From Botryllus schlosseri (taxonomy: Eukaryota): a DNA stretch of 64,000 bases. Within the stretch, counting starts at the first letter, position 1. Each line of letters starts with the position of its first letter. Both the position numbers and the translations under genes were made by a program. The notes beneath the pieces were generated by a model. That model did no database searches, was not told the origin of the DNA, and was given only the letters and a program-made list of their open reading frames with translations. Of this stretch, positions 49,515 through 63,090 are shown one piece after another. The stretch is from contig CM119371.1 in the NCBI GenBank assembly GCA_051294905.1, positions 6,450,001 through 6,514,000 of the forward strand, given 5' to 3'.

Positions 49515-50699
49515 TACTGCCTGAATCAGTTTCAATGAAGACTTCTTTGTGGGAATTTGCGCGGGGTATATTGGTCAGCGATGTTTGATTTGGATATTCA
49601 AATCTTTGTATCACAGTGCGATGAGCTAATACTATAGTTTATGTCACCTAAATTTTAGGCTTTGTGCGCATTATCCTTTGTCACATTCTCGGGTAATTAG
49701 CAATCTGCGCATATTATTTTCGATTTCGTTTCAAATTGTAATGTTGTGGCCATTTTGTAAATATGTGTTTCTTCCTGTCATTCATTTCAGGCAATTTGTC
49801 GACATTTTCACTTCCTCATTTTCAATCCGTTCATATTTATGGATAATCATGGAGCTGCAATAAGCTCCTTATAGTCTGATATGATGTTCTGTCAGCTTTT
49901 TACTAGTAGTATCTCCTAATTCCAGCAGCATGCCAGCATCCATGCAAAGACGACGTGAAATGGATCCCCGTATATTTGTGATACAGGTCATTAGCACATC
50001 ATTGATATCTATCCTTTGTGATATATGATTACCGTATGAACAGTCAGCCGCATCACATATTATTTTTATTCTGTTTCGCTTTAAAATATATTGAATACCC
50101 GATAAATTTTGTGTGTATTTCTGTGATGCACTCGCTGCATGTTGTCAACAATTTCGTTCCTATATATGATTTTGTTTCGTTCAGATTATTTGTAATTCAT
50201 ATTGCTACAACACTGCACCGCATTGCTCTTGACCTTGTTTTGTTTGATGAAACCTTGAAGCTGCTACGACGAACTCATGAGCCCTGTTCACTAAGGAGGC
50301 AAACTGAGGTAAATCGTGATATGAATAATCAGTAATAAGGCGATTTTTTTCGACATGTCAAAATTTGTCAAAATTGTTCACAAAGTCGAAAAATTTTTGA
50401 CGTATGCAGTTCATTTGTATCATAGATTTTGCACTGTTGGTGAACTTAACATTTGATATTTTACAACTTGTAGCCTACTTTATAGGCCTACCGTTGTAAA
50501 CGGCCAATCGTTTGCACATTGTGAATTATTAACGGTCAAATAAAACAAATAGGTAAACATGGTGTTTTGATCATGGTACCGCAATATCCTAAGTGAAGAA
50601 AGACTTCTTGGGCATTGCATCATTCTTATATTAAGGAGCGCATGATGAAAAATTGTTATGTAGACTACATTTTCAGAATGAAGCAACACGGTGTGTCAC

Positions 50700-50795
50700 C
50701 AACAGTGTACGCAGCCAACAACTGCTGCTGTTGAACGTTCTTTCTCCATTCTTAGCAAGCGTCTTAGTAAGGGAATGCACTTTCTACCCAAGGAT
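50700..50795 (+). mobile_element. hAT dimerisation-domain fragment
   Basis: TQPTTAAVERSFSILSKRLSKGMHF, abutting the truncated PLK1 exon at about 50812. Confidence 0.7.
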
Positions 50796-50811
50796 GTTTT
50801 TGTCGACGTCG

Positions 50812-53800
50812 TTCTTGAGTAGTGCAGAAGAAGGGTAAAAGTATTTCCTCATTATAAACGTAATGTACCTCTAACGGCGCCAGTCGAAAATGCATTAGAT
50901 CTGTCATGTTCATTACGAGCAGACTTGGATAACCAGATAATTGTTTTTCTATAATGTATTGGGCTAAATATGGCAAAGTACTTGTAATGTAATTCCAATC
51001 TAATTAATCAACTAATTCTTTATATATAGTGTGAAACGAGTCAGGATTGGTGAACTATTCTCATGCTTATGATAATCAAATCCAATTTGACATGAACTGA
51101 ACTTGATGATTTCTTTTCCCAACTGAGTAATTAAATTCTAATCTAATTTGGATGGGTGTTCAATATATTTCTAATCTACTTTGAATAATGTGATAATTTT
51201 CTGGTGACACAACTGTGATCACTAGGGCTGGGCACAATGATTTGATGACTCAAATCTGAATCGAGTATCAATTCAAATAATTTGAGTCGAGTAGTAAGAA
51301 ATGACTGTTTCGAGTGCTGACAATATACGCTCCATGTCTCAAAATGGAAAAATTATATTAACCATGAGCTGAATTGAACAATTGAGAATTATATTTCTTA
51401 CTGTGAAAAGTTGTGAACCTTGATTGGTCGTATCGCAGTATACGAAATATGTAATACAAAGCTATGCACGTTGCTGAAAATGACATGTCTGTGAAGTTGT
51501 GAGCAACCTAAAGCATTGTCCCATAGTGTGATGAAATAGTAATGGTAAAAAAAGTGCAAAATAATCTTTATAATATGACTAGAATAGGTATCATATTCTT
51601 TGTGGTGTTGCTATGAAGTTAACATGAGTGACTCAAACTCGTTACTCGATTCAGAAGCAAATCACTCAGGTACTTTATTTTAGCCAGCCCGATTTATTTC
51701 ACGTTCAGTATCAAAAAGCAAGGATTAAATAAAGTTTGGAAGGTTCACCGGTCTGCAAAAACTGTCTTCAAATTTGACTGTCCCTCTAACTCAGAAAGGT
51801 TGCGAACCACTGATTTAGATGATGTGTCTAACAAATATTATTGTTTTTCACATTCCAGCGATCCAATTACCTTTTATTTTTGTTGTCAGTCGCTGATGAA
51901 AGTTCACAAAAAAAGATGCGTCATCACAGAACCAGAGACTCGTTATCACACGCAACAGATTCTGCTTGGTGTTGTTTATCGTCACGATTGTAAAATCATT
52001 CACAGAGATATCAAGGTAACATTGTATGCAGTCGTGCTTTCGTAAATAATCTTCGAAAATTATGTCAGTACCAGAGCCGACCGATTATTGGTTTGTCAAT
52101 TTGGGGATAAAACTATGCACCTTATATACCACTAACGTAAATCATTGATTGCGCTACAAGCTCTCTAAAGTGATCTTGTACAAACTACTGTATTTTCAAC
52201 ATACGCAACAAGAATGAGAACTGCTCACTTTTCATAATTCTCCACTAGAACCAACGACCATTGAAAATCTGCTACTAGCTTACTGTAATACACAACTTGC
52301 TAATGATTTTTAGGTTGCTAATTTACAAATAAGCTGAGCTGTATCGGGGATAGAATTGACATCTCAAATTTGTGGGGTTTCGAGTTTGAAACAGGGGTGC
52401 TCTCGAACCGTAATACTCTTGGTTTGAGTCAATACACAATTTGACTCGAGTCGTGTCACTAGAAAATAAGGACTGGTTTCGAGTCATGAATCTAGCCATT
52501 ACAGCCCTGCCACTGTGAATATAATGCCGGTACTACATCTCATTATAAAGATAATTTAGTCATTTTTCGACCATATCTATTTCACTGTACTCTGTGACAA
52601 TGCTGTGGCTTGATCACAATGTAGGCAATACCGCCTATCGAGGTTTACAGCCTTGCACAGTGGAAATGCCATTGAAACTATAATTCTCATTGATAAATTA
52701 CCGTAACTGTTACTGACAACAAGTGTATATTTTCAGTAGATATACGAATATAGCGACACGATACCAACACTAACCTACCATGATTTTTTTTGTCCACAGC
52801 ATGTTGTCTATTGACCCATCTCAACGACCTTCTGCGCAATCGAGTTGCGTCCAGCTACATACCTCTACATACCTCAAAAACTACAGACCATCTGCTTGCC
52901 TATCACAAATGTCAACGCGAGACAATCTTCACCGGTGAGTTTTTACAATTCCACAGCAAGTTTACGATTAGATCTTAACCAAAATTGGATTTTTGAGCCA
53001 ATACCGATAAAATCGATAGCTATAGCACCTTCACCGATAAGCGAAGTCGGACAAATAAAAGATTTTCTTCTTTTCCGAATAAGATAAGCATTAGAATAAG
53101 AGCAGCCTTTTTTTATGCCAAGATATGGCTAACTGAGTTTATGCGAACTCGGAAAGTAGAAATAAAGTGAATGTTGATCAGCTTTTTACTCGAAAAATCG
53201 GCTCTCACTGCTTGGCGCAGAATCATTGCATTTGATATTGAAGTCGAATTGAAGTTGTGGATAGTTGTGGCCAGCCCTACTCATTGATGTTATCTTGTGG
53301 TCCCCGAAAGTAGGCTACTTTGTAAATTTTTGGTATTTTCTCTCTCTCTCAAAGTGACTTATGCATGAGACTGTCGTGTCATAATTCCTGGATCGGTTTT
53401 CAATTAACCTCCATTTGTTTATCTCTAAAGCATCAGCCAATTGGTTCAATCAGGTAATTGTAGTTGTGTAAGTTTATTTAGAAGAGCGAAATGTTGGTAA
53501 TCAGATTCTCATTTAATTTATGACATGTTGCTATGCTCTCATATCAAGCCTAATCTAATTTCTGGGTTATCCTTAAAATGCTACCAGAGAACTGTATCAT
53601 ATCATGCAAAATGAACCAAACTTGCAGTACCGACATTTTCCATTCTCACATATACGAGAATCAACTTTAACCTGATAAGAAGTTATATTGATTCAATTTC
53701 CAAATTTTCATGATCTCACTCATTCCAATTCTAATCTAATTAGGAAAAGCTGCATAGTTACGAATCTAAATGTGCTCTGGTTTGGAAAAAAGCTTTGTAG

Positions 53801-54913
53801 CTATCACAAAATCGTCAAATTCTAATCCATCTTTGAAATGAATGTGTAGCTATATTTTTAATTCTAACCGAAGCAAAAAAAGCTGAAAATTCTCTAGTTA
53901 TGCAACTCTGGCGCTAGCAATCTTGTAAGAAACCAAGCGGCCCAGGCTTGCAAGAACTCGTTTGATAGGAATTACCTTCATTGTGAATTTCTTATATTTT
54001 ACTATACTGTTTATTGTATATTTTAAAGTACCTCGTATTTCATTTTGCAGGCGCGCTACTACAGAGACACAAACCTGTTGGTGACAAGCCAGAGCGACTA
54101 TCATATGCAGCAACCAATCACCAGACTTTCAAGCTCTGCTCAAGAAATTGATTGATGCCAATCCCAGGCAGAAGTCTGCTGTAAATATAAGTTGGTATTT
54201 AGGCCTATATTATAACCACTGACAAGGTTTGATTTTAAGTTGAATTGCCATATGAAATGTAAGCTACTTCTACAAACCAGTGATTTTAATGTGCTGTAAA
54301 ATGGCGTTATATTGTATGTGGTCGTATAAAAAGCAGATACATAAACTTTCCACGTCATCCATACTGTTACGACGTGATAATGAGAGAATCTCGACTAGAA
54401 ACCTAACACCTGATTCAGAAATGACAAGATGCTACATATAAGTGATTATTAACAATGGACGTCGCTTGGAGCTAACCCCTGATAACCTCACGAACAGTCT
54501 TTACTGTGTGGCATGAAGATGGCTGATGTATAATTGCAGAATTGTCTGAAATTTTACCAAATGGTAAAATGATTAGGAATTCCATTCTCTTATCAAGTTG
54601 ACAGATATTAGAGAATAGTCCATTGAATATTCCCGTTTACAAATGTCAGTAAAAGTCAAAACTAATGTTGAAATTCAAAGTTATTAGGTATCCTCGGTCC
54701 ATATCGGTTTCCTCTAATATCATAGATGCAAGTAACTGCTCTCGCTCTTAAATGACATTGTCATTAAGATTGTTAGCACTGGACCAATGTGTAATTTATG
54801 TATATCAAAAATGCTTTCACTTCAACAGATGAGGCGGAAGAGCCACAGCAGCCGTACCACTACCAGTATTTTGATTAGCAAATGGGTGGATTATACGGAT
54901 AAAGTCGTGTTTG
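50812..54913 (+). pseudogene. PLK1: PLK1-like unprocessed pseudogene, partial copy C
   Basis: Exons: about 50812-50835 LE*CRRR then GT; 51890-52015 SLMKVHKKRCVITEPETRYHTQQILLGVVYRHDCKIIHRDIK then GT; about 52800-52935 MLSIDPSQRPS..YIPQKLQTICL; about 54051-54190 DFQALLKKLIDANP; 54829-54913 EAEEP/ISKWVDYTDKVVFG (start of polo box 1, frameshifted). Confidence 0.9.
51223..51692. mobile_element. TAGGGCTGGGCA-family MITE in a PLK1 intron
   Basis: TAGGGCTGGGCACAATGATT ... TAGCCAGCCCGA; a reverse-orientation relative of 24492-25006. Confidence 0.75.
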
Positions 54914-57900
54914 GTATGGCCACCCATGTTTCAGACATCAATTTATTAAAATTTCTATCAAATCAATGCATCACAAGATAGGAGGGGACCGAAACGACTT
55001 GGTGAAGTCTTTTAATCAGACACTCACCTTGCCTCAGCATGGCACACCTCCATGAAAGTGCGACGTCTCCACGGGATCTACCACAGTGTGTGCAAAACAA
55101 AACTTCCTTGGAGCTTGAATATAATGGCATTCATACGACATGTCCACCAACACCAATTCACCATTGTCTCCAATAACAAATTACCCTAATGCAATTCACA
55201 ACGTTTATAATGATTTATATTACCAAATTCACTATAGACCTAGTTTACCGAAGGATGAATTCATCGAGGGCCAAGTTCAATGGTCAGTGTGGTTCCAATC
55301 ATGATACTTGAATCTCTTCCTATCCAAATAAGGAAACAGTTCCCTATTTGAAATTAAAATTTTGATTCATATGATAGTTTTAAATCCATAAATCCTGGTT
55401 ACCAAACAATCTTACAAAATGTGAGTTAATGTCTGTGATTTTATTACTATTTGTGATTTTCACCAGAATGTTGGCGAGCGACCCATCTCAACAATCCTCT
55501 GTAAAGAAAGTGCGGGCCAGTGAATATTTCAAGGGCTTCATTCCACAGAAGCTACCCACAAACTGCTTGAACAGCTTGCTTGCCCATACTTTCAGAAAGC
55601 CAACTACAGCAAAGGAGTCCTCTGCAGAGTTTGATCAATAAGATTTTTTCGCAGGTCTTTGCAAAATCGAGTTCCTAAGTGATTCGATTCTGAATCGAGT
55701 CTCATTCATGATAACATGAGCCCAACCTATATCGTATTTTTAAGATAATAGCGATAAGTACCACTTTCACTGATATCTCCGACGTATTCATCTGTTATTG
55801 AAATAATATGGCAACTAGCTTAAGGCACATTTTCAAACCTTCAGATCATTTATTCAAACAACTGGCGGCTGTTACTATGATAAGACATGAATTAAACAAC
55901 AAAGGACGCTTGTAAGCAGAGGCAGTCAGTAACAATACTACTTATACTTACTCAGAGTACTCAAGTAGGTTTTGCCATATACTTGCATTATTTACTCAAG
56001 TCACTCAAATGATTTTAGACGACTTGTGTACTTCCTATGTAACAGTTCAGTGTTCATGCAAAACTAGGCGTATAATATTTACTTGATTACCTTCCTTGTA
56101 AATCGCAACTTCTGCTTATAATAGAGTAGAAATTACGACATTACTTCTATACTCGAGTTCGAACGACGACTATTTTAACCACTTGTAAGTTATAAGAATA
56201 TTCCACGTTAGTGCAGATTTCAGTCCTCTGACTGCACGCTACCATGTTGTCACGTCACGAAAATTGTCGATATTTTTACCTATAATGGGCAATACCTTTC
56301 AAACTCTACGATAGACTCGACATTTTTGGCCAATCCATATAATCAGTCGTGCTCTCATTACATGGTACCTTATTAAAATAACAGGTGAACATTCGTGAAC
56401 TGGTAATATCTCCTGATTGTACATTTCAGCTTCTTCCTAGTTCAAAACTCATTCCGCATATAAAACAGTATCTGAATACAATGCAAATTTCATCTGACTT
56501 GTGCAAACTGCTGTACATCAGAATGCTAGAAACTAGAAATAGAACTAGAACTACTCAGTTTTCAAAACTAACTAAAACTAGCCGTACTCAAAAACAGTTG
56601 GTTATTTGACCGTCTACTATCGAGCTCGGTAATTTGGACAAAACTGTATTTCAGGCACTGCTCGTGAATGAGCATGAGAAAGACAAAATGTGTCAAGAGA
56701 TTTAATCTTCATCGCAGTTTGAATCACAAGCATGTTGCTGGATTTCATGGATTTTTTCAAGACAATGATTATGTCTACATCGCTCTCGAGTTGTACAAAA
56801 GAAAGGTAAAAGTATTTCCATGATATAACTGTAATGTCTCCAAACGGTGGAGGTCACAATTCATCAGCCCTGTAACGTTCATTAGGCCTACTAGCAGACT
56901 TGAACAACTAGACAATTATTGTTGTCTAATAATACTAATTAGAACCAAATACTGGTAATCTACTTGTAATCTAATTTGTTGAATGTTTCTAAGCTCTTAA
57001 TTCTATTGTGATTAATTTTCTGGTTTCCTGAAAATGCTGCAGGAGAATTTTATAGTACGTAACTAGCAAAGCTTGGTGTACATACATTTTGTATTCCGTT
57101 ACTTTATGACAGGGAATATAGAACTGATGTCAAGTTACCTTGATTTTTGTTGTGTTGCTTTCATGAATTAAGCAATTCTAATCTAATTCACAACTTTCAA
57201 CTATGCATTCACAGTAACGTGTATTGACTCGGAAAACTTACCGCGTTCCTCTTATCAAGAGCGACCGGCATGATAAAGGACATAAAACAGGTTAGATTTG
57301 AAACCGAATCGCTGTGTTCAGGTTCTCTACCACCAATCCGTTATTCTTTTCTAATTTGAGGAAAATGTGTAGCTATAATTGTAATTGTTATCTAGTTTGG
57401 AATGTCCGAAAATTTTCTAGTTACATTACTCTGATCACTTGTCAAGGGCTGGGCACTCTGATTTCAGGACTCGAACTGAATCGTGTATGTACTATAATGA
57501 TTCGAGTTGAGTAGTGAGAGATTATTTTTTCGTGCAACACTGAAAGTATACGCTAATTGTCGAAACAGGTTGAGAAGTGCAGCTTTGAATGTGCCTGACA
57601 AATACTGTAGTTGTTTGCATTCTAGCAATCCCATGAGTGTTGATTTTTGTCGCTGATGGAACTCAACAAATGAAGGCGCGCCATCACAGAACCAGATACT
57701 CGTTCTTATATAGACCAGATTGTGCTTTGAGTTGTTTACCTTCATGATTGTAAGATCATTCACAGAGATATCAAGGTAACATGGCTTGCAGCGTTGCAGG
57801 AACCAGATATGTACAAACTACTCTATTTTCAAAACGCGCGATAAGAGCTATAATTACCGTAACGAACATTAAGAATCTGCAACTAACAAACATACATACA

Positions 57901-59094
57901 ACTAACTAATAACGTATAATGCAAATTACTGTATTGTAAATGAGCTGAGAAATATTGGAGATAGAATCGGCATTTCGACTTCTGAATGCACTGATTTTGA
58001 CCCCAGAAATTCACCCCCAGCCTCCCTCACTTATAGGAGTTATGTCTCTGATCTAGCAATGGCTGCAAGAACATCAAACAACAGAACACCGGTATCGCGA
58101 TTCACGCCAAACGTTGGCACATGTTTTGTAGCTGTTTGGCAACTAAATTTTTTGAAACTCTGCAACTAGAATTAGAACTGGAACTAGTCAAGTTAACAAT
58201 AGTTAGTTGACCTTCAACTAACTACATTATTAGTTTAGCTATATTGCCTACATGTTGAACTGAATGAGAAATTTGTCTTGACAACTCGAAAACCTATTTC
58301 TGAAAACCAACAAGATTGTAGATTTGAGTCCAGCCACAAACGTCGACTTTGACAGCCAAACTAAGAATGCATTTTGAGCCACACCCAAATAAATATCCCC
58401 GGAAATTTATGACAAGAATGGACATGGGTTGGGAGTGGACACCTAGTTGGGTTTCGTCATTATTTCTCAACATTGAACTTGGTATTTAAAAGGAGTCATA
58501 AAAAAATGACTCGAGTCAGACTCGAGTCGAGTCATCACAACCCTGATTTAAATAACTATACATGATTCAATCATATAATGTAGTTCCGCGCCTCCAACAG
58601 TCTTGTCAAATCCCTTCATTGTGACTTGTGAAAATTACTTTTTGGGGCCTTATTCAAGAGTTTTGTACTGTAACTTGATCGTTGATTTATTGCCGATGAT
58701 GATTTGTACCACATCAGGAGGTCGCCAACTAGCTATACAAATTCGAGTGATTGACTGGTTTTATTCTGAGAGTAAAGTACTACTTTTTATGTGGTCATAT
58801 GGAGGAAGAAAACCGACCAATCCACATTTCAACCTAATGCACGCTTGCAAAGGATTGATTTTTTTCCAACTCAACACAAATGTATTGCTATTGTGGATTA
58901 ATTGTATCAGTTAATTATTTTACTCGACAGGTGCTGCTAATACAGATGATACACGGAAACCTGTAGGTGACAAGCCAATCAACAGACTTTCCTATGGCAG
59001 AAATGGCAGCTCGGCTCAAGAAATCGATCGATACCAATCCAACCTTGAAATCCCCTATAAATATCTGTGAGTATTCATTTTGTGACAACTGATT

Positions 59095-59521
59095 GTATCA
59101 CTCATTATGACGTCATAAAAGAATGTAATACGTCATGTACCGTTTATGCCCCCACAAGGAATATAATGCCTTTTATCCATTTCATAAATGATAATTTGGT
59201 ATTTTTCCGACCATACCGATTTCATTCCACTTGGTGACAACTTTGTGGTATAATCAAGACTTCGGAAATGTGCTACGTCCAGTAACCTTCGTAGCTTCGT
59301 ACCATACGTTTCGTATGCTACGATACCGCCAATCAACGTTTCAAGGCTTCAGCAGTGAAAATTAGTATCGAAACTATAATTCTCGTTGATAAATTAACTT
59401 GCAGTGGCGAGAAGCTTATAATTTCAGTACTCGAAAAAGTCGTATTTTACTACTCGACTCGAATCATTAAAATTAATACTCGACTCAGATTCGAGTACTC
59501 GAATCATTGTGCCCAGCCCTA
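59095..59521. mobile_element. TAGGGCTGGGCA-family MITE, left end missing
   Basis: Colinear with 24570-25006 and ends CATTGTGCCCAGCCCTA. Confidence 0.85.
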
Positions 59522-60336
59522 GTTATGGCAATCATTGGCAATCTGTCAGTTACATCTTTAGTCGCTGAACCATGTTATTAAGGCGACTTACAGGTACCGA
59601 GTACCGTAGTGGTACGCTCCAACCATGTAACAACAATGGGCCGTTCGGCGTTCTGACATTTCAATCACTAGGACACATTCAATAATATATTTATAGTTTC
59701 TGCTCCTATATTTGAAGATATTTGGCCATGAAATTAATTGCCTACTGATCAGAAGTATACTCGAATCCAGGATTGGAATTACAATGCTCCACCTAAAAAT
59801 GTTTTGATATCAGATCAGTCTCTATTATCAATCTGAAATATTCAAAATATTCATAGTAGCTGCAAAATTATAACCCGATAGCTTTTATGATGGCATCATA
59901 CATTTGTCCGCCTATATGATGTCTATATGTTATGATTAATATATATCAAGTACAACAACAATTCTATTCAAATAGTTATAAACGTGATGTTTTTTTTTCT
60001 TACCAGGCCTAAATTTATACAAGAGTGAATCACATTTTGACGATGTGTGTTTACTGATAGTCTGGTTGATCGGCTTACTTTCAATAGTACAATTCATTCC
60101 CGCCGAATAATGCCTACTTGGAAAGACATAGAATACCCCTATAAATGCTGCGGCCCGCGGCGTCGTCAAAACGGGAAAACTGGCCCGCAAGCACATTTGA
60201 GTTTGAGACCTCTGATCTAAAAAATAGTACATTGAACGCTCTCGTATTCGACATTTCGTGCTGGTGACGTCATATTTTGTGTAACGATTGTTGATATACG
60301 CTGTTCTTCCGAATTCTCTACTAGTTGCTGACGATT

Positions 60337-60370
60337 ACCCCTGACGAGCGTCAGCCGAAAATATTCGGGT
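60337..60370 (+). ncRNA. Minimal type I hammerhead ribozyme in an approximately 150-bp repeat (60235-60390)
   Basis: ACCC-CUGACGA-GCGUCAGCC-GAAA-AUAU-UC-GGGU, one mismatch from the copy at 24252-24285. Confidence 0.75.
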
Positions 60371-61856
60371 TCATTTCAATATGAATATACTATTCAATTG
60401 TATATTGAAGTTCTGTACCTCAAAGAAGCTGTATAAAATATAATCAAAACTATAATTCCTGTAAATAAATCAAATCTTAATGGCAAGGGACGTATCATTT
60501 CAATTCTCCGAAGTCATCTCTCACTCGAATCATACCACTTGATACTCAATTTATATTGGAGTACTCGAATCATTGGTCACCTCTCTACTCATCATACTGA
60601 CTACTTTGAGCATCTACTGATTCCACTTAAATAGATTAGAAATAAACCAGCTTACCTCTACTTGAGTATCAACACTGACTATTGTGCACAATTTTTCGGG
60701 CGCTGTAATGCATTTTCTATCATGCAGGACCACACCAAAATGATTTTGTATCCTCTGATGGGAGCCTCGACTTGCATCTACCGAGAACACAGCTTCATAA
60801 CGTACAAGCAGAGCGTGATTGAGACATACGGATGTAGCTGAGAGCTAGGCCATCGATTTCGGTACTCCAGGACCATGCTGGAAAAACTCACCTCCAACCA
60901 TTCGTCTGCCGAGCAAAACTAACGTTTGCCAGAAGACGATTTATTGACATTGTGTATGATTTCCGATAGAAATGATTTGGGTGGTGTAGTACGTACTGGA
61001 TCAAAAACCAGGACTTTGTCAGCAGCAGTTTGAAAAGTGCGGCGTAGCGTTTATATTTGACTTGACATCTTTTTCCTACTTCATCTTCTCTCCCTCGATG
61101 GAGTTTCTTTTGCCTTTCCTTTGTAACGCGAGTTGATAATACCTATCAATAAATATCATCCGACGGATTGGTATCGTGTGCTCAATTTATGGCAGATACG
61201 TTGAGTGACAAGGCTTGTGTAAACCACCATTCTAGTTGACGGTTAGCTAACTACTTTTTTTAGTAGTTCTAGAGTACTGCTGTGGATTTTCTAAGACAAA
61301 GTAGTTTGGGGTTGAGTTCGCATAAGTTTTAGTGAAATTGTCTGAAAACAGGGCTACGAAGGGAAATTATTCATTGGAATGCCGTAGTTAGTATTATCAC
61401 CGAACTGGTAATATAATAGGACATTACCCCGCGGGCCACGCTAAACCCTCTTGCGGGCCATATTCTGAGCCACCCCTGATATAGACAGGACTGGTAAGCT
61501 GCTTTAAAACCAACCATATCGGTCAATCGCATGCTTTAGGATTAAAAGTCATAACACGTGTATAGGTCAGCTACGAGGGGTCAAAAGCGATATGGCGGAA
61601 CTATCAAGTCCTCAAGTATTGGCTAAATAAATTCTTTCTGCGCGAGGAAATAAGTTAATCGGTGTCGGCGAGTTCGTATTTAGGAAAATGAATGTTTCGA
61701 ATGATTCTTCGTACTGGATATGCACACATTATGAAACAAAAAATGTCGCTGTTCATTGAAAGTCATTGATGGGTATGACCATCAAGTCGTTCTGAAGCAA
61801 TCTCGAGAACACAATCACTGTGTTACTTTTGGCATAGTATGATAGTAGATGCCAAC

Positions 61857-63090
61857 CAGGGCTTTGGAGCAGCCGTAAATTGCAACTGCTCCAGCTCCGG
61901 CTCCGGAGCTCTCTCCTATCATACATTAGCTCCGGCTCCGGAGCCACCTTATAACCACTGCTCCGTTTCCAGCTCCGGCTCCGGCTCCAAAATTATCGAA
62001 TGGTCCTGTCTATATCAGGGGTGGCTCAGAATGTGGCCCGCAAGAGGGTTTAGCGTGGCCCGCGGGGTAATGTCCTTTTATATTATCGAAAATGAATTGC
62101 TCAGATTGTGAACTTGTAATGCCAACCAAAAATTATATTTCTGGCTGCAATACTTGGGATGATGATGACTAAAATATCAGTTCTGACGCTTTGGTAGATC
62201 CAGGGTCCAGTCACATTTTGAGTAAATCGTCGTACAATACAATAAACTAAAATAGTAGCGAAATTTTTCTTCACGCTTCGCAGGTTTAATTGTCACTCGA
62301 TTTCTTGCTTGGTAGCCTGCCCCCTTCTGAAAATAAAAAAAACGCCTAATTTATCCGATGAGCCTAACTGTATTCCCAATTAAGGAAGAAAGTCTTTTCG
62401 CGTTCGCGCTCGCATAAAATCGTTGACGGTGAAATGTAGGCACAAAATGATTGTCGCATATTATCGGAGACCTTCGATATCGATGTGTCCAGACGCCGAA
62501 TAGTCGTGTCCTTACAAACTGAGCCTAGCAGGTGGTATACGATAGACCCGCAATACAATCCTAGTTTATTTATAAACTTTGAAAATTTTACCCGCTTTGC
62601 GTGGCTAGTACACGCGCACTCGTTCGCCAATTTCCTGTGCCCCTTTAGCCGAAAAGGTTGGCCATTCCTGGTCTTTATAGATTACTAATCTACTAATAGG
62701 TTAGTTATCTATAGTAACAACAGTAACATCCGATGTAGCAACAAAGACATAAAAGTTCCGCCGTGCCGGCTTGTGACTTCATACTGAATACTTGTCAATT
62801 GTCGACAACATCATAGTTGCACTAGAACGCAATTTAATCCATGCCATTGCTGTGCACAGCATTAAAATTCAGGCCTGGTGTTCAATTATGATAAATCAAC
62901 AGATGTGGTTGTTGCATATATAATAGCATCTTATGAAATAGGTCGGAACCGGAGCTACTCCTCAAATAACCGGCTCCAGCTCCGGCTCCAGCTCCGGCTA
63001 AATTTTATGTGGAGCTCCGGCTCCGGCTCCAGCTCTGGTGAAAACGCTCGGCTCCGGGGCTCCGGCTCCGGCTCCGGCTCCAAAGCCCTG
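61857..63090. mobile_element. hAT-type element with (GCTCCG)n subterminal arrays
   Basis: TIR CAGGGCTTTGGAGC / GCTCCAAAGCCCTG and perfect TSD ATGCCAAC. Confidence 0.9.

Larger units (their letters stand above)
55448..60922 (+). pseudogene. PLK1: PLK1-like unprocessed pseudogene, partial copy D (plus an out-of-order exon)
   Basis: 55448-55575 MLASDPSQQSSV..FKGFIPQKLPTNCL. 56655-56805 ALLVNEHEKDKMCQEI/NLHRSLNHKHVAGFHGFFQDNDYVYIALELYKRK. 57650-57775 ends KIIHRDIK. 58285-58460 LENLFL..ATNVDFD..F*ATPK*ISPEI..GHGLGVDT*. 58931-59067 is a linker exon. 60728-60922 DHTKMILYPLMGA..IETYGCS*ELGHRFRYSRTMLEKL (end of polo box 2). Confidence 0.92.

Noticed and set aside
50812..60922. Functional PLK1 gene
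   Set aside because: It has multiple in-frame stops, frameshifts, a lost DFG motif, missing exons and duplicated exon order.
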